DNA of 63,630 bases, filler included, from Polymyxa betae A26-41 (Eukaryota; Protista; Endomyxa: Phytomyxea), in assembly GCA_003693705.1 (NCBI GenBank). It is 13 parts of 13 records of this genome, joined end to end, with 100 filler letters (N's around TTAATTAATTAA, not from the genome) between each part and the next. Parts side by side here need not be neighbours in the genome. Positions count along the whole stretch, not along the records: positions 29,263 to 43,661 come from RBZT01000144.1; positions 43,762 to 46,535 come from RBZT01000097.1; positions 46,636 to 51,837 come from RBZT01000032.1; 10 more parts are not named here. The stretch is one strand, 5' to 3'. Positions 36,801 through 49,375 of the stretch are shown here, piece after piece. The position numbers were made by a program, and so were the translations under genes. Below the pieces are notes generated by a model. It was not told the DNA's origin. It ran no database searches and saw only the letters and a program-made list of their open reading frames with translations. The first letter of the stretch is position 1. The number at the start of each line of letters is the position of its first letter.

Positions 36801-38842
36801 AAAGTCATCAGTTATCATTCGTGTCCTGTAGGCAAATATCATTTTAAAGGGCGATAGTGTTACCATCCTAGAATATCCAGATGATAGATGGAGACCATCG
36901 CAAGGGAAACCGAGCAAACAGCAATCACAAAGTACCATAGTTATCTAATAACTTGTCTCCAGCCCTTATCTCGATAGCGAAAACAATTTCGCATCGGAAC
37001 CTGAACGACGTTTCACGCTGTGATGTCTCTAAATTTCGAGCATTCAGCAGCGAAATGGACCTCCTACACATCAGTTTAGTTCGATTTTGTTGCAAATGCT
37101 ACAAACGTGGTGTAAGCAGTTATTTACTTATAGATTTTGCAGCTTTCCTGTATCTGATGTTGTAACCATAATATCCAGAATAAATAGAAACCCCTCAAAC
37201 CAGTGAATAATAGTACCAGGGACTATGAAAATGACAGGAGGTTAGGTCGCCCGGCCTCCCTCGTTCTGGGCTTCTGGGGGTTCAACTCCAATAGATTCAT
37301 CTGGGATGCCTATAAGTTTGAGCTTAAAAGCTCCCCGCTGCTAATGCATTTCATTCTTGCAAGCCCTGGTATTGGGACAATAACGACGACTATATGAAGG
37401 GACCCACCAGCAAATCTGTGATTTATGTATCTTGATAACCTTTGCAACACCTGCTTAATTTGAATGGGTATTAGCTTATACTTTTTACTATTTATTACAT
37501 GGTCGGCGTTATTCATATTTCCGTTTTTTTTTCAGCTTGATCGCGCTTTGCCAATGCTCATTCTAAATTACGGTACCTTTACATTGCGAAGGAAACCGCC
37601 CATCAGATCGTAATGTTTGTTTGTAGGGTTGAACCCATGTAAGTGCCTCGCGATACAATTGGGACTGCACTTCTCACGTTATAAATGCTATTGCGGTTGT
37701 GCCATAAGCCTGAGTTTCCCACCTATAATTATTTATCCATAATCAGGAGATCGCGATCGTCATCGAAACTGATATGATGCCGATATTCGAAAAGTTGTAG
37801 AAGATGTAGAGGCTTACGAAGTAGCAGAGCTTCCATTATGTTCAGCATGCCTTGCTTCATGTTTATCCATCAAGATGTTATGAGCTTCCAGCTTATTGGA
37901 GGGGTCAAAGTAAGCTTTTGCCCATATGACGCTCATAAAGACGCCTCTATCGGTACCAAATAGCAAGTCCCTTTAACATGGAGCTACTGAGTCAACTGCA
38001 ATTGGAAAGTTCCGGTTCTTACAGCCAATTTTATAAATAGATAAATTACAATCAGAAATTACACCAAATTTATAATACATCCTGCTCGATATACGCTCTG
38101 GAAGAATGGCATTCTGCACAAACAGATAGCTCCGTTTCTGTACCAAATGAGTCCAAATCCATTGAATGCGGGAATTCTCGGACTTTTAGAGGTTATCTCC
38201 ATCAAAAGAAGTTCGATTTATGAGCCACAAGACGAAACTGCAGATAAAATGTCCGCTTACAATGCTTTATCAAGCATCAGAAGCCATCTTCAGATTCGTG
38301 TCATTTCAAAAGTTTGCTTCACCGCTGAACTAATGGTACCTGAGAATTTGAGTAAGAGGGATATCTTCGCTACAGTCGTCTGTTAGGGTATTCCTTGTGT
38401 ATAAACCCTGTTCCAGAAGCGCATCCATCCATTTATTGCACATTTATTCGATGGAACGTATTAAAGCCAGTACGAACACTACAGGAAGATTGGAAGCGAA
38501 ACTATCCAGACATCGCTTGGGGATGGCTAATCAATGTGAACGATATTGGGTAAATTGAATTTCGTAATCGAGAAAGCATAGAATATACTTACTGTATCCG
38601 GTTTACAATATCGTTTATGAATAGCATATTGTAGGTTGGTAAGGAATCATTTCAAGGTAGAAGCCGACGCGCTCTATCCGATGCTGATTCGGGATCTGGC
38701 GTTGGTATCATGTTACTACATAACACAAAACGGCGGTCTGTTGAGTAACGCAGCTGGTCAACTTATTCAGTCCCGTCAAGATGTACCTCTTGGCTGTATG
38801 TGGCCGCGTCTTCTAAGTTAGGCTTGAAGATCTCACAGAATC

Positions 38843-40970
38843 ATGTATCAACGATTAGCTCGAGATCTTCGACATAAACCAGCACCTGTTTCCGCTCCGT
38901 TAATAAAAGCTGGCGTTGATGCCGTCAGACGCCGCTGTAATCATCTGGTGCTGATCTTGTACCTGGTCATGATGGTCATGGTTCTTCAAATGGTTCAGGT
39001 AAATGTGCGAGTCTGTTACCGATTTCCTCATCACAGCATATTGCAGTTGTTTTCCATCCACAAGACCAATGACCTGTCCGATACCGCTTTTCACAGATCC
39101 AGAACTCCATGGGCTCTGGTTATTATGGCCTGTAATCGACCTTGGTATCTGGAGCCTGTCATCGAAAAAGTGTTGAGCTTACCGAAAAGCCATCTATGGG
39201 GGATCAATACGTTCATTTCACAGGATGGTTTTGATCAGGATGTTCGGCCTGTCGCTCTCCGTTACGAACATGCATTCACACATTGGCAACGGCCTAGAGA
39301 CATTGATAGTCCTGTACTTTAGAGCCATTTCTTATCACAGACATTGTTAATATGTAATTCAGGCCAGTACGGCGAGTTTGGCAAATCATTACAAGTGGAC
39401 TCTGGATAAGCTCTTCCTTGAACAGGGATACAGTCATGTCATTATATTAGAAGACGATTTATTAGTGGCCAGTGACTTTCTTTCAAATTTTCGCCATGCT
39501 GCGAATCTGCTGGATTTGGACGGAAGGTGATTTATGCTTGTGATTACCACAAGCCCTTCGGAACTGATCATAATTTAGGGTCATGTGCGTATCAGCTTTC
39601 AACGACGTCGGTCGAAGCGATGTGGCTACGAATACCTCACGATTGTTCCGTACAGACTTTTTCCCAGACCTGTACGTCAGCATTTGACATGGCTCATACT
39701 GGTCTAAATGTTGCGTAATGTAGAGGCTGGATGCTGAAGAAAGCATTCTGGCAGGAGCTGTCCCCAATGTGGCCTACAAATCATTTTGATTGGTGGTTAA
39801 GGTAATGTCGTTCGTTAAGACGTAATCACTCTGAATGCGAATTTTATAGGACCAGTTCTGCCACACGCGGCCGAGTCTGTATTGCTCCTGAAGTCAATCG
39901 AGTACGACACATTGGTCATATTGGTGTCAATTGCAACAGTGACAAGCAAGGGCAATCAGATTATAACGTAGATTTGAGCTCTTCCAACCTGCCTTCAGAT
40001 TCGTTTTTAGATGTAGAGTCGTGGTAGCGGATTTTTCGCATTTGATCTGAACTAGTCTTGAAGGGTTCAGTGTCGGTTCCATACGATTCTGTGGAGTCTT
40101 TGCGGCGTCCAAACTATGATCGGAGGCTGACTGATATGGTGAATCGCGCTGAGATCCTTAATCCGTTTGATACATCGGAAATCAGTAATTTGGTCCGAGG
40201 GGCTCCCGGCCAAAAATTCCTTCAATCGGGTCTTATACATCTGGTACACTTTTCTAATATCGAAAATGCAAATGAATCCGAGATTGACATCAGCATAGAC
40301 AGTTTTCAAGAATCAAGATGAATATGAAAGTTTACAGAAAGTTTTGTTGCTGTCTCATTACTCGGAACAACGTTCCTTTTATAAAGGTACCAAAGGAGCA
40401 GCACCTCTTTATCATGTATTCATTATTGTTTGAAGGTCTTCTGGAACTCAGTTTACCCAATAATAACAAACTTCTAATTGCCAATGCTCGCACTTGTGTC
40501 TTTCTACCTGCCAGCCTTCGAGAAGTTACAAATTCCGGCATTGTTGCAGTGATCAGTGAAGAAGGTTCGTCCTGCGATGTGGCCTGTCAGACCAAGGATA
40601 TTTTCTGTCATCCGGGAAGATTTCCTGATGTTAGTGATGGTATTATTATGTAGTGTGATATATTCATATTTCTTAGTATGATATTCAGCATTGCTGATGG
40701 AAATCGTACTTCCCCTGCGAGCGCAATGCTTGGTAAGCGATATCCAATATCATATTGTGAGTTTTGAACTTTCATAAAATGTTGCAGGTCATTGGACGGT
40801 AGCGAGAGCAATCCTCGTTATCATCGAAGGCCACTGGATTCGGACAGCAACCCGTTGTCAACTGGGGCCGAACATGGGACTGTTTCGCTGAGGCAAAAAA
40901 CTCGAAATGTGAAGCTCAATCAGCCGGAGCGATTCGTCTCTGTCCATGTTATTCAGTGGGATTGATTTAA
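38843..40970 (+). CDS. MGAT1: Alpha-1,3-mannosyl-glycoprotein 2-beta-N-acetylglucosaminyltransferase (GnT-I, GT13)-like, multi-exon
   Basis: TM anchor; VIMACNR, FISQDG, LANHYKWTLDKLF, IILEDD, VSAFND, RTDFFPDLGWML, WPTNHFDWWLR, CIAPEVNR, joined by short GT-AG introns. C-terminal exon structure is not fully resolved. Confidence 0.9.
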
Positions 40971-42939
40971 GGCTGTTGCATATTCAGTCTGATTAAAGCA
41001 GACGTAAAGTCTTCATGAAAGCTTTTCTGATTATTATCCAAAATAATATTGTGATGGATTGGGTGGTTAACGTCGTATCTGTAAAGATTTATGAGCTGAT
41101 TGTTGGCTGTGAATTCTGCTCACCAGGTTCGGAATTCGATATTGGGGAATAGTTAAACCGCAATGGAGATTTCACCAAGGCGTTTGATTCTATTTTGCAA
41201 TGAGATGGCTGGCATTCGAACGTTCCTTTATTCGGTTCTTAATCTGCTATGGTCCCGGCCGATTCAGGCTTGAAAGTTTATATTATCTTGCCAGGCTAAA
41301 GTCTGAATGCCAATACTTTATGATAAGAAGTTCTAATAGCCTCATCAGCAAGCACAAATGGCAATCTATTCATATTGACTTTGCAATACATTACCATCTC
41401 ATGTCAACCTCATCGAAATCGCCTTGATCAACTTGGTCCATCTCAATGGGCAGCCTTCACCGATTTGCATTGTACGGAGCTACATGAGCTTCATAAAATG
41501 TGAAGTACAGTATGGTTTTTTTAGTCTCAACTCACAACATCGTCAAGCTCGATCTTGACAGGCACTGCCCTCATATTTTGTGAATACAATCCAGTCAAGG
41601 TTTCTAGCCGGGCGTGGCCAGGACACAGCCCAGCCGGACGAGAAAGAGAGAACGACTCGTCATACTCTACACCATCTATCGATCAAGCGACTTTAAATGA
41701 CGTATTTCTTATATCAAGAATTCGACAACCTGTGTTTCAGGTTCGACTATTGCTGTCTAGTTGGTGGTATCTGATCTCGTAGCTGGCCTGCTCTATCCGA
41801 ATATTTTAGAGAAATTGATGCGGGAAAGGGTTTCTGTCTGTCGACGGATGCGCAGCCTTCCATCCGTCGACGGACAGAATTGTGCGTAGCCGTTGGGATC
41901 CCCCTCTACAGTAGGTTCGATATTACCCATGTGGCGGATCGCACATGCTGACATGCCTTTGGATGGGATAAGAGGAATCGTATCCTGGAAGTCTGTGACG
42001 AGAACCTTGCCAGCTCCGCAATACGATGTGAGCTTCTGATTGTTGTCACCCTAAATCTCAAGACGATTCACTTAACGTATGACTTTGATCAATAAAACGC
42101 CTTATCAGCTGTGTAACAGTTGAAGTATGAAGTGGGAACTTAATTTTAGCAGCTTTAAAGCAAAAAATGTTTTTTTCTCTTTCGTCATTTCTTTTTTCAA
42201 AGGGCTACGTGATTGCAGTTTTATAGAAATCCGAACCGGAATCATAGATCAATAAACACGCCTTATATCAGCTACTGTGCTTGTACTGGCTGCACTGCCA
42301 ATGCTGCAACTGCGAGAGGCAGAATTTTCGCAACGCTCTCTCATTCTTGGAGGGGCCGTGACGTCTGTCTGACCTTCACGTAATATGGATGTCCTTGCTT
42401 GTAAGCCAACTTGACGAGCCATAAAATCAAGCTGCAATAAGCAACTGGCAGCAATAATCTAACACAGTTCATTCACGTGCATCGTGCAATCAATCACGGT
42501 TTATCTATGGAGACATAGCAGAATAATGGCGAAATTCTTGCGCAAAGCAACGAAAGGAGATACAGCCGCAATGATAATGAAAGCTGGGAAACCAGCAGGG
42601 GACCTCGACAGCCTCTTGAAGGTACAGGGTTCAACTCCCTGTAGGAATGGGCCATCAGGTGACTGCCTTAACTGTTAAAGTCCCTAAGCCCTCCGAATGG
42701 CTGGCATACGATCATCTTTCATGAGCTGATTTATCTCTAAAGTTGTTAAGTAGGAGAACCTGGACCTCGTACAGGCCCCAAATTAGTGACATTAGGGTTA
42801 TTGTGCCGCCTACTCTGCCGAAAAATGCGAACAAATTGTGCAATCCAATCCAATCCAATGATGATAGAGAGATGGAAGTTTTCATGGGTCAAATCCTGTA
42901 TCCTGTTTTTGTATGTAATTCCCCATAATCAGGACAAGG

Positions 42940-43661
42940 TGTCAGAGCCCTCCCAGTTGCAGTTCAGCAGCGCGCACAGTCCCAGTCCCGTTCTTCTCTC
43001 CCTTTCTCTTTTCTTTGCTTTCATTCACGTTTTGAATACAAACGGAATTTCGGTTTGTATTCAAACGAAAGGTTCAATTCAGCTCCGTTCTTGCTGTGTA
43101 TTGAAACTACGATCATCGCAATGTTGTAAGCGGGTAAGCTTGCGTGCAGACGTTAATAAATTGCAGTTCAACACTAAAGAACTCTTTATGAGAATGAATT
43201 CAAAAGCTGGGATGATCCTCAGGTCGAGGCCCGGCAGGAACGCCGAGTCGGCCCAGTACGTGACTCCGACGCAGAGGGAAAGGCGGGGACGGCGCAACCC
43301 CGTGGCGTCACGGTCCTCGCAGTGCCCGTTACATACCCCCCTGACTGGCCATGCCGGAGAAACTCCTGTTCGGCTGGGCAGTTACTTCGCGCTTGAACAC
43401 GTTCTCCAACTGCAGTATTCGCCCGCCGCACCCGACGGGTTCCGCCCTTGTGAAAATCGTCCAGCGCAGCTTGATTGATGTTGCAGACAGGCTCCCACGT
43501 GTCATAAGACTCGTCTAGACCTTTCCAACGAATCAGGTACTCCTCCTTTCCATTTCGAAAACGACGTCGCAGCAGATTCTCGACTTCATGAACATCAGGC
43601 TCGTTGAGGTCAACGTCGTCATTCTGCAGAAACTGGTCACAATCGATGATTCGACGCGCAG
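42940..43661 (-). mobile_element. Chromovirus (gypsy) 3' end: chromodomain, PPT and LTR (42940-43333)
   Basis: HEVENLLRRRFRNGKEEYLIRWKGLDESYDTWEPVCNI; PPT AGGGGGG just before TGTAAC; LTR ends ...CTGACA. Confidence 0.88.
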
Positions 43662-45227
43662 NNNNNNNNNNNNNNNNNNNNNNNNNNNNNNNNNNNNNNN
43701 NNNNNTTAATTAATTAANNNNNNNNNNNNNNNNNNNNNNNNNNNNNNNNNNNNNNNNNNNNGTGATTCATGGTTACTCTGGAGAGTGGGACTCTTAATCT
43801 ATTAGAGACCGAGCTGAGCTCGTTATATGATTAGAAAGGAGTGAGTATATTAACGGAGATTTAATTGCGTATGTGTAGGCTGTGTGCCAGTGGAGGGTAT
43901 CCATGACGATGGCGGCATACAGTGGCGCGTACCCATGCAAGAAAAGTGCGGGTTGCGCATTAGAGATCCGATGTGGATTGAGCTAATCCAACATATTCTG
44001 CTATTGCGAATTCTTTTCATTACTTCGCATCGCTGCTTGATTTGCATAACAATTTCATGTGTCGATCAGGAACGATGAACAATGCTTCTCTTTACTGGCT
44101 GTGAGTTCTGCTCACAAAAATCGGATGGACTTTGTGCGATTGATTCGCTGATCGTCATGATCTATGCTGTGGTCCGGATGCTATTCATAAAAACAGAACT
44201 TGCTTTTTGTCAGCGTTGTTTTTGATTTTATTCTTTGTACACCAGTCTACCATCTTCTCTAGATAACATCCAGTGTCGTCAAATTATCATCCAAATAGCT
44301 GCGATTTTCCTGGTTTCAGATACTTAATCTTTTGTCTCTGATGTTTAGGTCTCCAGTGACAATTACTTGTAATGATGGTATTTTCATCCATCCCTTCGTT
44401 AGAGGCGATTTTATCTGATGGATGAATAGGATAAAAATATGGCCGGTCGTCACCAAAACTCGAGCGAAAAGGTGCAGTAGAGATCGCTCATCAACGACAA
44501 TTTAGACTATAGAGATCAGCTAGAGCAGGGAGATGCACATAGAGAAAATCTATCCAGTCAGCAATAGATCAAGGTGGCGCCCGCAGGTCACGACTTTCAC
44601 GTCATACAGCAGGATAATGCAAATATTGAAGCCGACCTCTTTTAAGCTCGCGAGCTTGCAAACTCGCGCGGCCCTGTCCGCGCACTTCCAGACTCACAAG
44701 CTCGTCTACATTCGGTTGATATCAGCAATACAATTTCTTCTCTCCTTCTTCTTATTGATACGGAAATTATGATGGCTGTGGAAAAAAGTTGGTTCTATTA
44801 CAGGACAGAATAGGGCCGGTCCCAGTCCAGGGCGTCCGACAGGTCCATTTCATCCAATAGAATCAATATCTACGGCTGCACCCAAGTCTGTGCCATTCGG
44901 ACTATCTCTTCTGAATGAGGTTGATTGTGCTTCGTCTGCGACGAAGAATGTTTCCGGCCTGAAAAAATTGAAGAATCGGCTGTACCTGAAAATTTGGACA
45001 AATCAACGAATTGCTCTGTCGATATCGATATTTCACTTCGACAATTTTCATCCTTTGACACTTGTATGCTCCCATTTATGCAGTACATAGCTGGTGAAAA
45101 CGGATTCTCGATTGCACGAACAGGCCACAAGAATGATGTTGAAAGATCACAGCAGCTATTCGATAGAGGCGATGTAGTACATCGCGGTCGCTTTTATAGT
45201 CTATCAGGAAAGGAAAAATTCACATTA

Positions 45228-46535
45228 GTGCGTATCAAAGTTGCGCATTCTCCCGCTTTTAGTTGTATGCTTTTAAGCTTTGTTAAAAAAGCGCTTTTAA
45301 CTGGTAATAAAAGCAGTTTGTTCTCACGGGGGTATCAAACTTGCCGCGCGGAAATGGTGGTATGCAGTTTAAAAGCTACCATATTAAGCTGATTTCCCCA
45401 TGGCTCGTCTTTCAAATCGAGCTACTTTATTGGCTGATGCTGAACGCTTGCTCCGCATGCTAATGATGCAGCATGCGTTGTGTCGATTCTCCAATCGGCA
45501 ACGTGCGGAAAGCTTAATGAAATCTGCCAAAAACTTAATGCATTTCATTTGCTGCATCAATCAGGTTGAAATATCGCGCGTATCTTCGTCTGAGTCATTG
45601 TGTTTTAAATACTGTAGACCCGCAACGTCAATCCGCGACGTCAAATGATTAGAGATTTGGGAGCGCTGCGAATTCTTCCTTTTTTAGACGTAAATGAATT
45701 TAAGCAAGAGATTAGGGTTTGTCAGCAAACATTTGCTCGACCTGTTGCAAAAATCGAATGAATTTAGTACATTGTTGAAACACTTTTCTAAACGCATGCG
45801 TTCACAGATTGCCCTATATTTCATAATAACTCTGCTGTGCCTCAGCGAGAGGTGTGGGTGCAGCTGGCATGTGCCCTACATCGTTTAGGACATTTTGGAA
45901 ATGGTGCTGCTTTAGGAATTGTTGCACGAGCGAAAGGAGTAGGCTACGGGAGAGTTGCATTAATCACCAAACGTGTCATCGCTGCATTCAACACCATCGC
46001 CTCGCAGCATATTTACTGGCCACAAGAGCCAGAACGAAGAAAGCTGTCGGAGCTCAATTATCGAGAATTCGGCTTCGACGGATGCATTCTCTCTACAGAC
46101 GGCACTCATGTTCTTCTATCCCAGAGGCCAGGGCTACAAGGCGAGGTCTATTGGAGTCGAAAATGCCAGTATTCCTTGAATGTGATTTCGACCTTCGACA
46201 GGGATCGTCAAATTCGCTATGTTAACTCAGGTTGGCCAGGATCAGTTCACGACGCGAAAGCTTGGGAATCGGGAGCTATCCATAAGAACCCGGCTCGTTT
46301 CTTTTCAAAAGGACAGTATCAACTTGGTGATTCCGGATTCTCTTTGACGAAGCAAATGCTAGTCCCCTATCGACAGCCAGCCGCGTCCCAGCCACACAAT
46401 GATAAGTTTAATTTGAGACTTTCCAGAGCACGTGTCGTGTCAGAGCACGGAAACGGTATCCTGAAAGGGCGATGGTAATCACTTCGTGGTCTTTGTATTT
46501 GCATCAACAAAACTGTAGAAATACCGCAGCTTGGT
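45228..46535 (+). mobile_element. PIF/Harbinger transposase (DDE_Tnp_4/HARBI1-like) pseudogene
   Basis: RLGHFGNGA, STDGTH, YWSRKCQYSLN, GWPGSVHD, GDSGF, ARVVSEHGNGILKGRW*SLRGL; stop at 46476. Left end is tentative. Confidence 0.92.
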
Positions 46536-46635
46536 NNNNNNNNNNNNNNNNNNNNNNNNNNNNNNNNNNNNNNNNNNNNTTAATTAATTAANNNNNNNNN
46601 NNNNNNNNNNNNNNNNNNNNNNNNNNNNNNNNNNN

Positions 46636-46683
46636 TGTAACCCTAATTTAGTTATAAAATATAATCTGTTACTGCTCTATACA
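46636..46683 (+). repeat. Inverted repeat copy, partner of 51789-51837; probably an LTR 3' end
   Basis: TGTAACCCTAATTTAGTTATAAA...CTGCT(C/T)TATACA at both ends of the contig. Confidence 0.85.
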
Positions 46684-47603
46684 GCATCAAATAAGAGTTA
46701 CTCAGTATCAGTGTCGCTCACGGGAGCGACCCAATTAGCAGAGTAGTCTTGGGAGCTGTCATCTAATTATACTACGATACTCTTTAAAACGACATCTCCA
46801 TAGAATCCTGATAATGTTACTTTGTACGGATATTGTTCTATGGATTCTCTACAACCACATCAATGACATGGCGGCGCGGCCAATGTCTGTCAGATGAGAT
46901 TCTTATGGGGCTCTTTGACTCTCATCTCGATCCTTAACAATGCAAACTTGATTTTCTACCATTGCCTCGTCACCCTTAGACTAGCAAGCTGGGAAGGTTA
47001 GTATTGCGTCTGGCGCTCAGACCCTTTTATCTCATGATCCCTACTCCTTCGAGAACGAGAGAGTCGTTCAGATAGCCGAGAAACAGCTGATTTGCCGAGT
47101 ATGCTATGAGAACATTACAGAGAAAAAACTAGAATCGCAGACCTGGTTTGTGAAAGATTGGGTTATCAGGTCTGCCGCTCGATTATGTCTGACATTGTAA
47201 GAGACCTTAGGAAGTACGAGAATCATGCACATGCACCTGATTTGAAAAGATTGTGAGCAAGCCGACGTTAACGACGACCAATCGAAGTGCATCGAGAATT
47301 TCTTAAGCACTTTTCGGGATAACCCATAAGAACTGCCAGAAGAACTTCGTGAAGTTTGTAAAGCTTTAATTGTATCTATGCGAGCCATAAACTTAAAATT
47401 GAGGTTGGAAAAATTATTTCATGAGCTGCAGCTACTCTAACCAAGCACTGTAAGATCAGGGTCGTGCTCGACTCTATGCCCGACGGTCAACGAAGGTAAC
47501 GTCGACTGATAGGGCGCTGACAATATCTTCCAGCTGAGGCATACAAAACCCGGCTGGTCGCTCTGATCAAGCTCATTCTTCTATTCGCTTCTCTAATTCA
47601 ATC

Positions 47604-47894
47604 ATGTTTAAGAGTGCGATCTGCGTTGTGGCTTCCTGTATTGTGCTGACTTTGGCAGCTGATCAATATGGTTCTTATGATAACTATGGCAAACCTGGCT
47701 CTTATGATAACTATGCCAAACCTGGTTCCTACGATAACTATGAGAAGCCTGTTTCAAATGGCGACTATGAAAAACCTGACTCTTACGATAACTATGACAA
47801 ATCTGGTTCTTACGCGAACTATGGCGAACCTGCTCCCTGTTCACCGGATTATTTCCACCGTGATGAGCGATTAATTTGGATCAGGCAGACATAG
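47604..47894 (+). CDS. Small secreted protein with six 9-aa Tyr-rich repeats
   Basis: Signal peptide MFKSAICVVASCIVLTLA; 27-nt tandem repeat at 47667-47828, consensus PGSYDNYxK. Confidence 0.8.
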   Translation: MFKSAICVVASCIVLTLAADQYGSYDNYGKPGSYDNYAKPGSYDNYEKPVSNGDYEKPDSYDNYDKSGSYANYGEPAPCSPDYFHRDERLIWIRQT

Positions 47895-48327
47895 CCGGCA
47901 GATGCGCATATTTGAACCAAACCAAAAAATCATTTTGGACATTGAGATTAAAATTGTAATTTTGTGAAAGAGCTGCCGATTCGTCTTTCTAAAAAGTTGG
48001 TCGAAGCCCAAATCTTCAGTTTCAATATTCCGAAATCTGATGTTCTGATATCAAGTGAACAGCTACAATGCAGGATTCATTCCAACCACCACAGAGCTCG
48101 CCGGGGCGCCGTTTTCCCCTTTGGTGGAAGAATAGAATTCCGGCCTTTTTCTGCGACTGTTGAGGCGGCCTCTTCGGATTTCAGGATACTGTTCATCCGC
48201 TGTAGTCGGCGGAGGTCTAAACGATTGCTCTGCAACTTACGATTTTTTAGCTTTACTCATACTTCAGATATGCCAGGCTAAGCCATTCATACTACAGGTC
48301 TTATGCTGAAGTAAACAAAAACGAAAT

Positions 48328-48885
48328 TCAAATTCTCAATCCTCTATCAGTAGATTGTATAATGTATTTAAAATCTGATATCAGCATTATCTTCTCTCTA
48401 TCGACCACGTTCTTTCCCGAACCATTCCTAAACGAGAGGCTTTCAGCATTGTTCGATATCCAAGGCCAATCGATTCCAACCAGATAAAATTCCTCTGAGG
48501 CATCAGATCTAGGAGAATGGTCGTTCCAGTCGTGCAGGAACTCTCTCTTCTTCATCTTCATCCAAAACCGCCAGAATTCGAACTTACTACGAAACCGCTG
48601 TTTATAATCCCGGGTCTTTTTATCCCGAACCGCGACTTCATCAGGACGCAGGTCGCCCTCGCTGATCGCGTTCGTCGCGAACTCCTTCGATACCCCACGG
48701 CTCTTGCTTTCCGCTTCAGCTAGGGTTTTAGGGTTTCTGTCCCCTTGACGACATCTCAGATATCGAGCGCTTTCCCCTTCACGAGGATCGTCCGAGGGAG
48801 AGCAGAACCTAGGCCTCAGCATGTCACTGCCGTAGGCCTGGGCCAGCGCGCCCACCAGCAGCGCACCGACCAATAATTTGAGCAT
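48328..48885 (-). CDS. Secreted protein, effector candidate
   Basis: Signal peptide MLKLLVGALLVGALAQA, RYLR at aa 41-44, basic/aromatic centre. The 3' end may be spliced. Confidence 0.7.
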   Translation of the reverse strand: MLKLLVGALLVGALAQAYGSDMLRPRFCSPSDDPREGESARYLRCRQGDRNPKTLAEAESKSRGVSKEFATNAISEGDLRPDEVAVRDKKTRDYKQRFRSKFEFWRFWMKMKKREFLHDWNDHSPRSDASEEFYLVGIDWPWISNNAESLSFRNGSGKNVVDREKIMLISDFKYIIQSTDRGLRI

Positions 48886-49375
48886 TGTGTGATAAGATTG
48901 AAGGAAAGCGATTTCGCTATCTGCAGATATTTCATATTTCAGGGCGACAACGTGTCACAGAGAGGCCGCTGCCAGCTTAGCCCGGGTCGTACTGGGTCGG
49001 TAACATAGTTTACAGTACGGCCGTCCTCTACGGACGGAGACCGCGACTTCTGAGAGGATGAGCACAGACAGGACTCTCGCTCGTGGTGGTGATCCTCTGG
49101 GACTTTTGTGAGAGCCGAACAGGCTGTTGGGGCTCTTCGAGAGTTGGAGATCTTGGACGAGAACAGCTCGAAGAGAGCTCCCGCGACAGTCCCGTCGTCG
49201 CAGTCGCACTTGTCGGCGATCGCGGCCCTGCACGACTGCCAGATCTGTTCGCGCTCCTCAGAGTGACTCTCGGCCACGTCTCCGAGATACGGACAGATTA
49301 GCAGAGACCGTCAGCGTCGAAGAGTAAAGATCTTCTAGGGTTTAGGGTTTCGAGGGTCCATCCAAAACTTTCATT

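Noticed and set aside
39470-39490. Frameshift in GnT-I
   Set aside because: The frame reads through as ASDFLSNFRHAANLLD, which matches the family.
42623-42645. tRNA gene (T-arm-like TACAGGG-TTCAACT-CCCTGTA)
   Set aside because: No D-arm, anticodon arm or acceptor stem can be formed.
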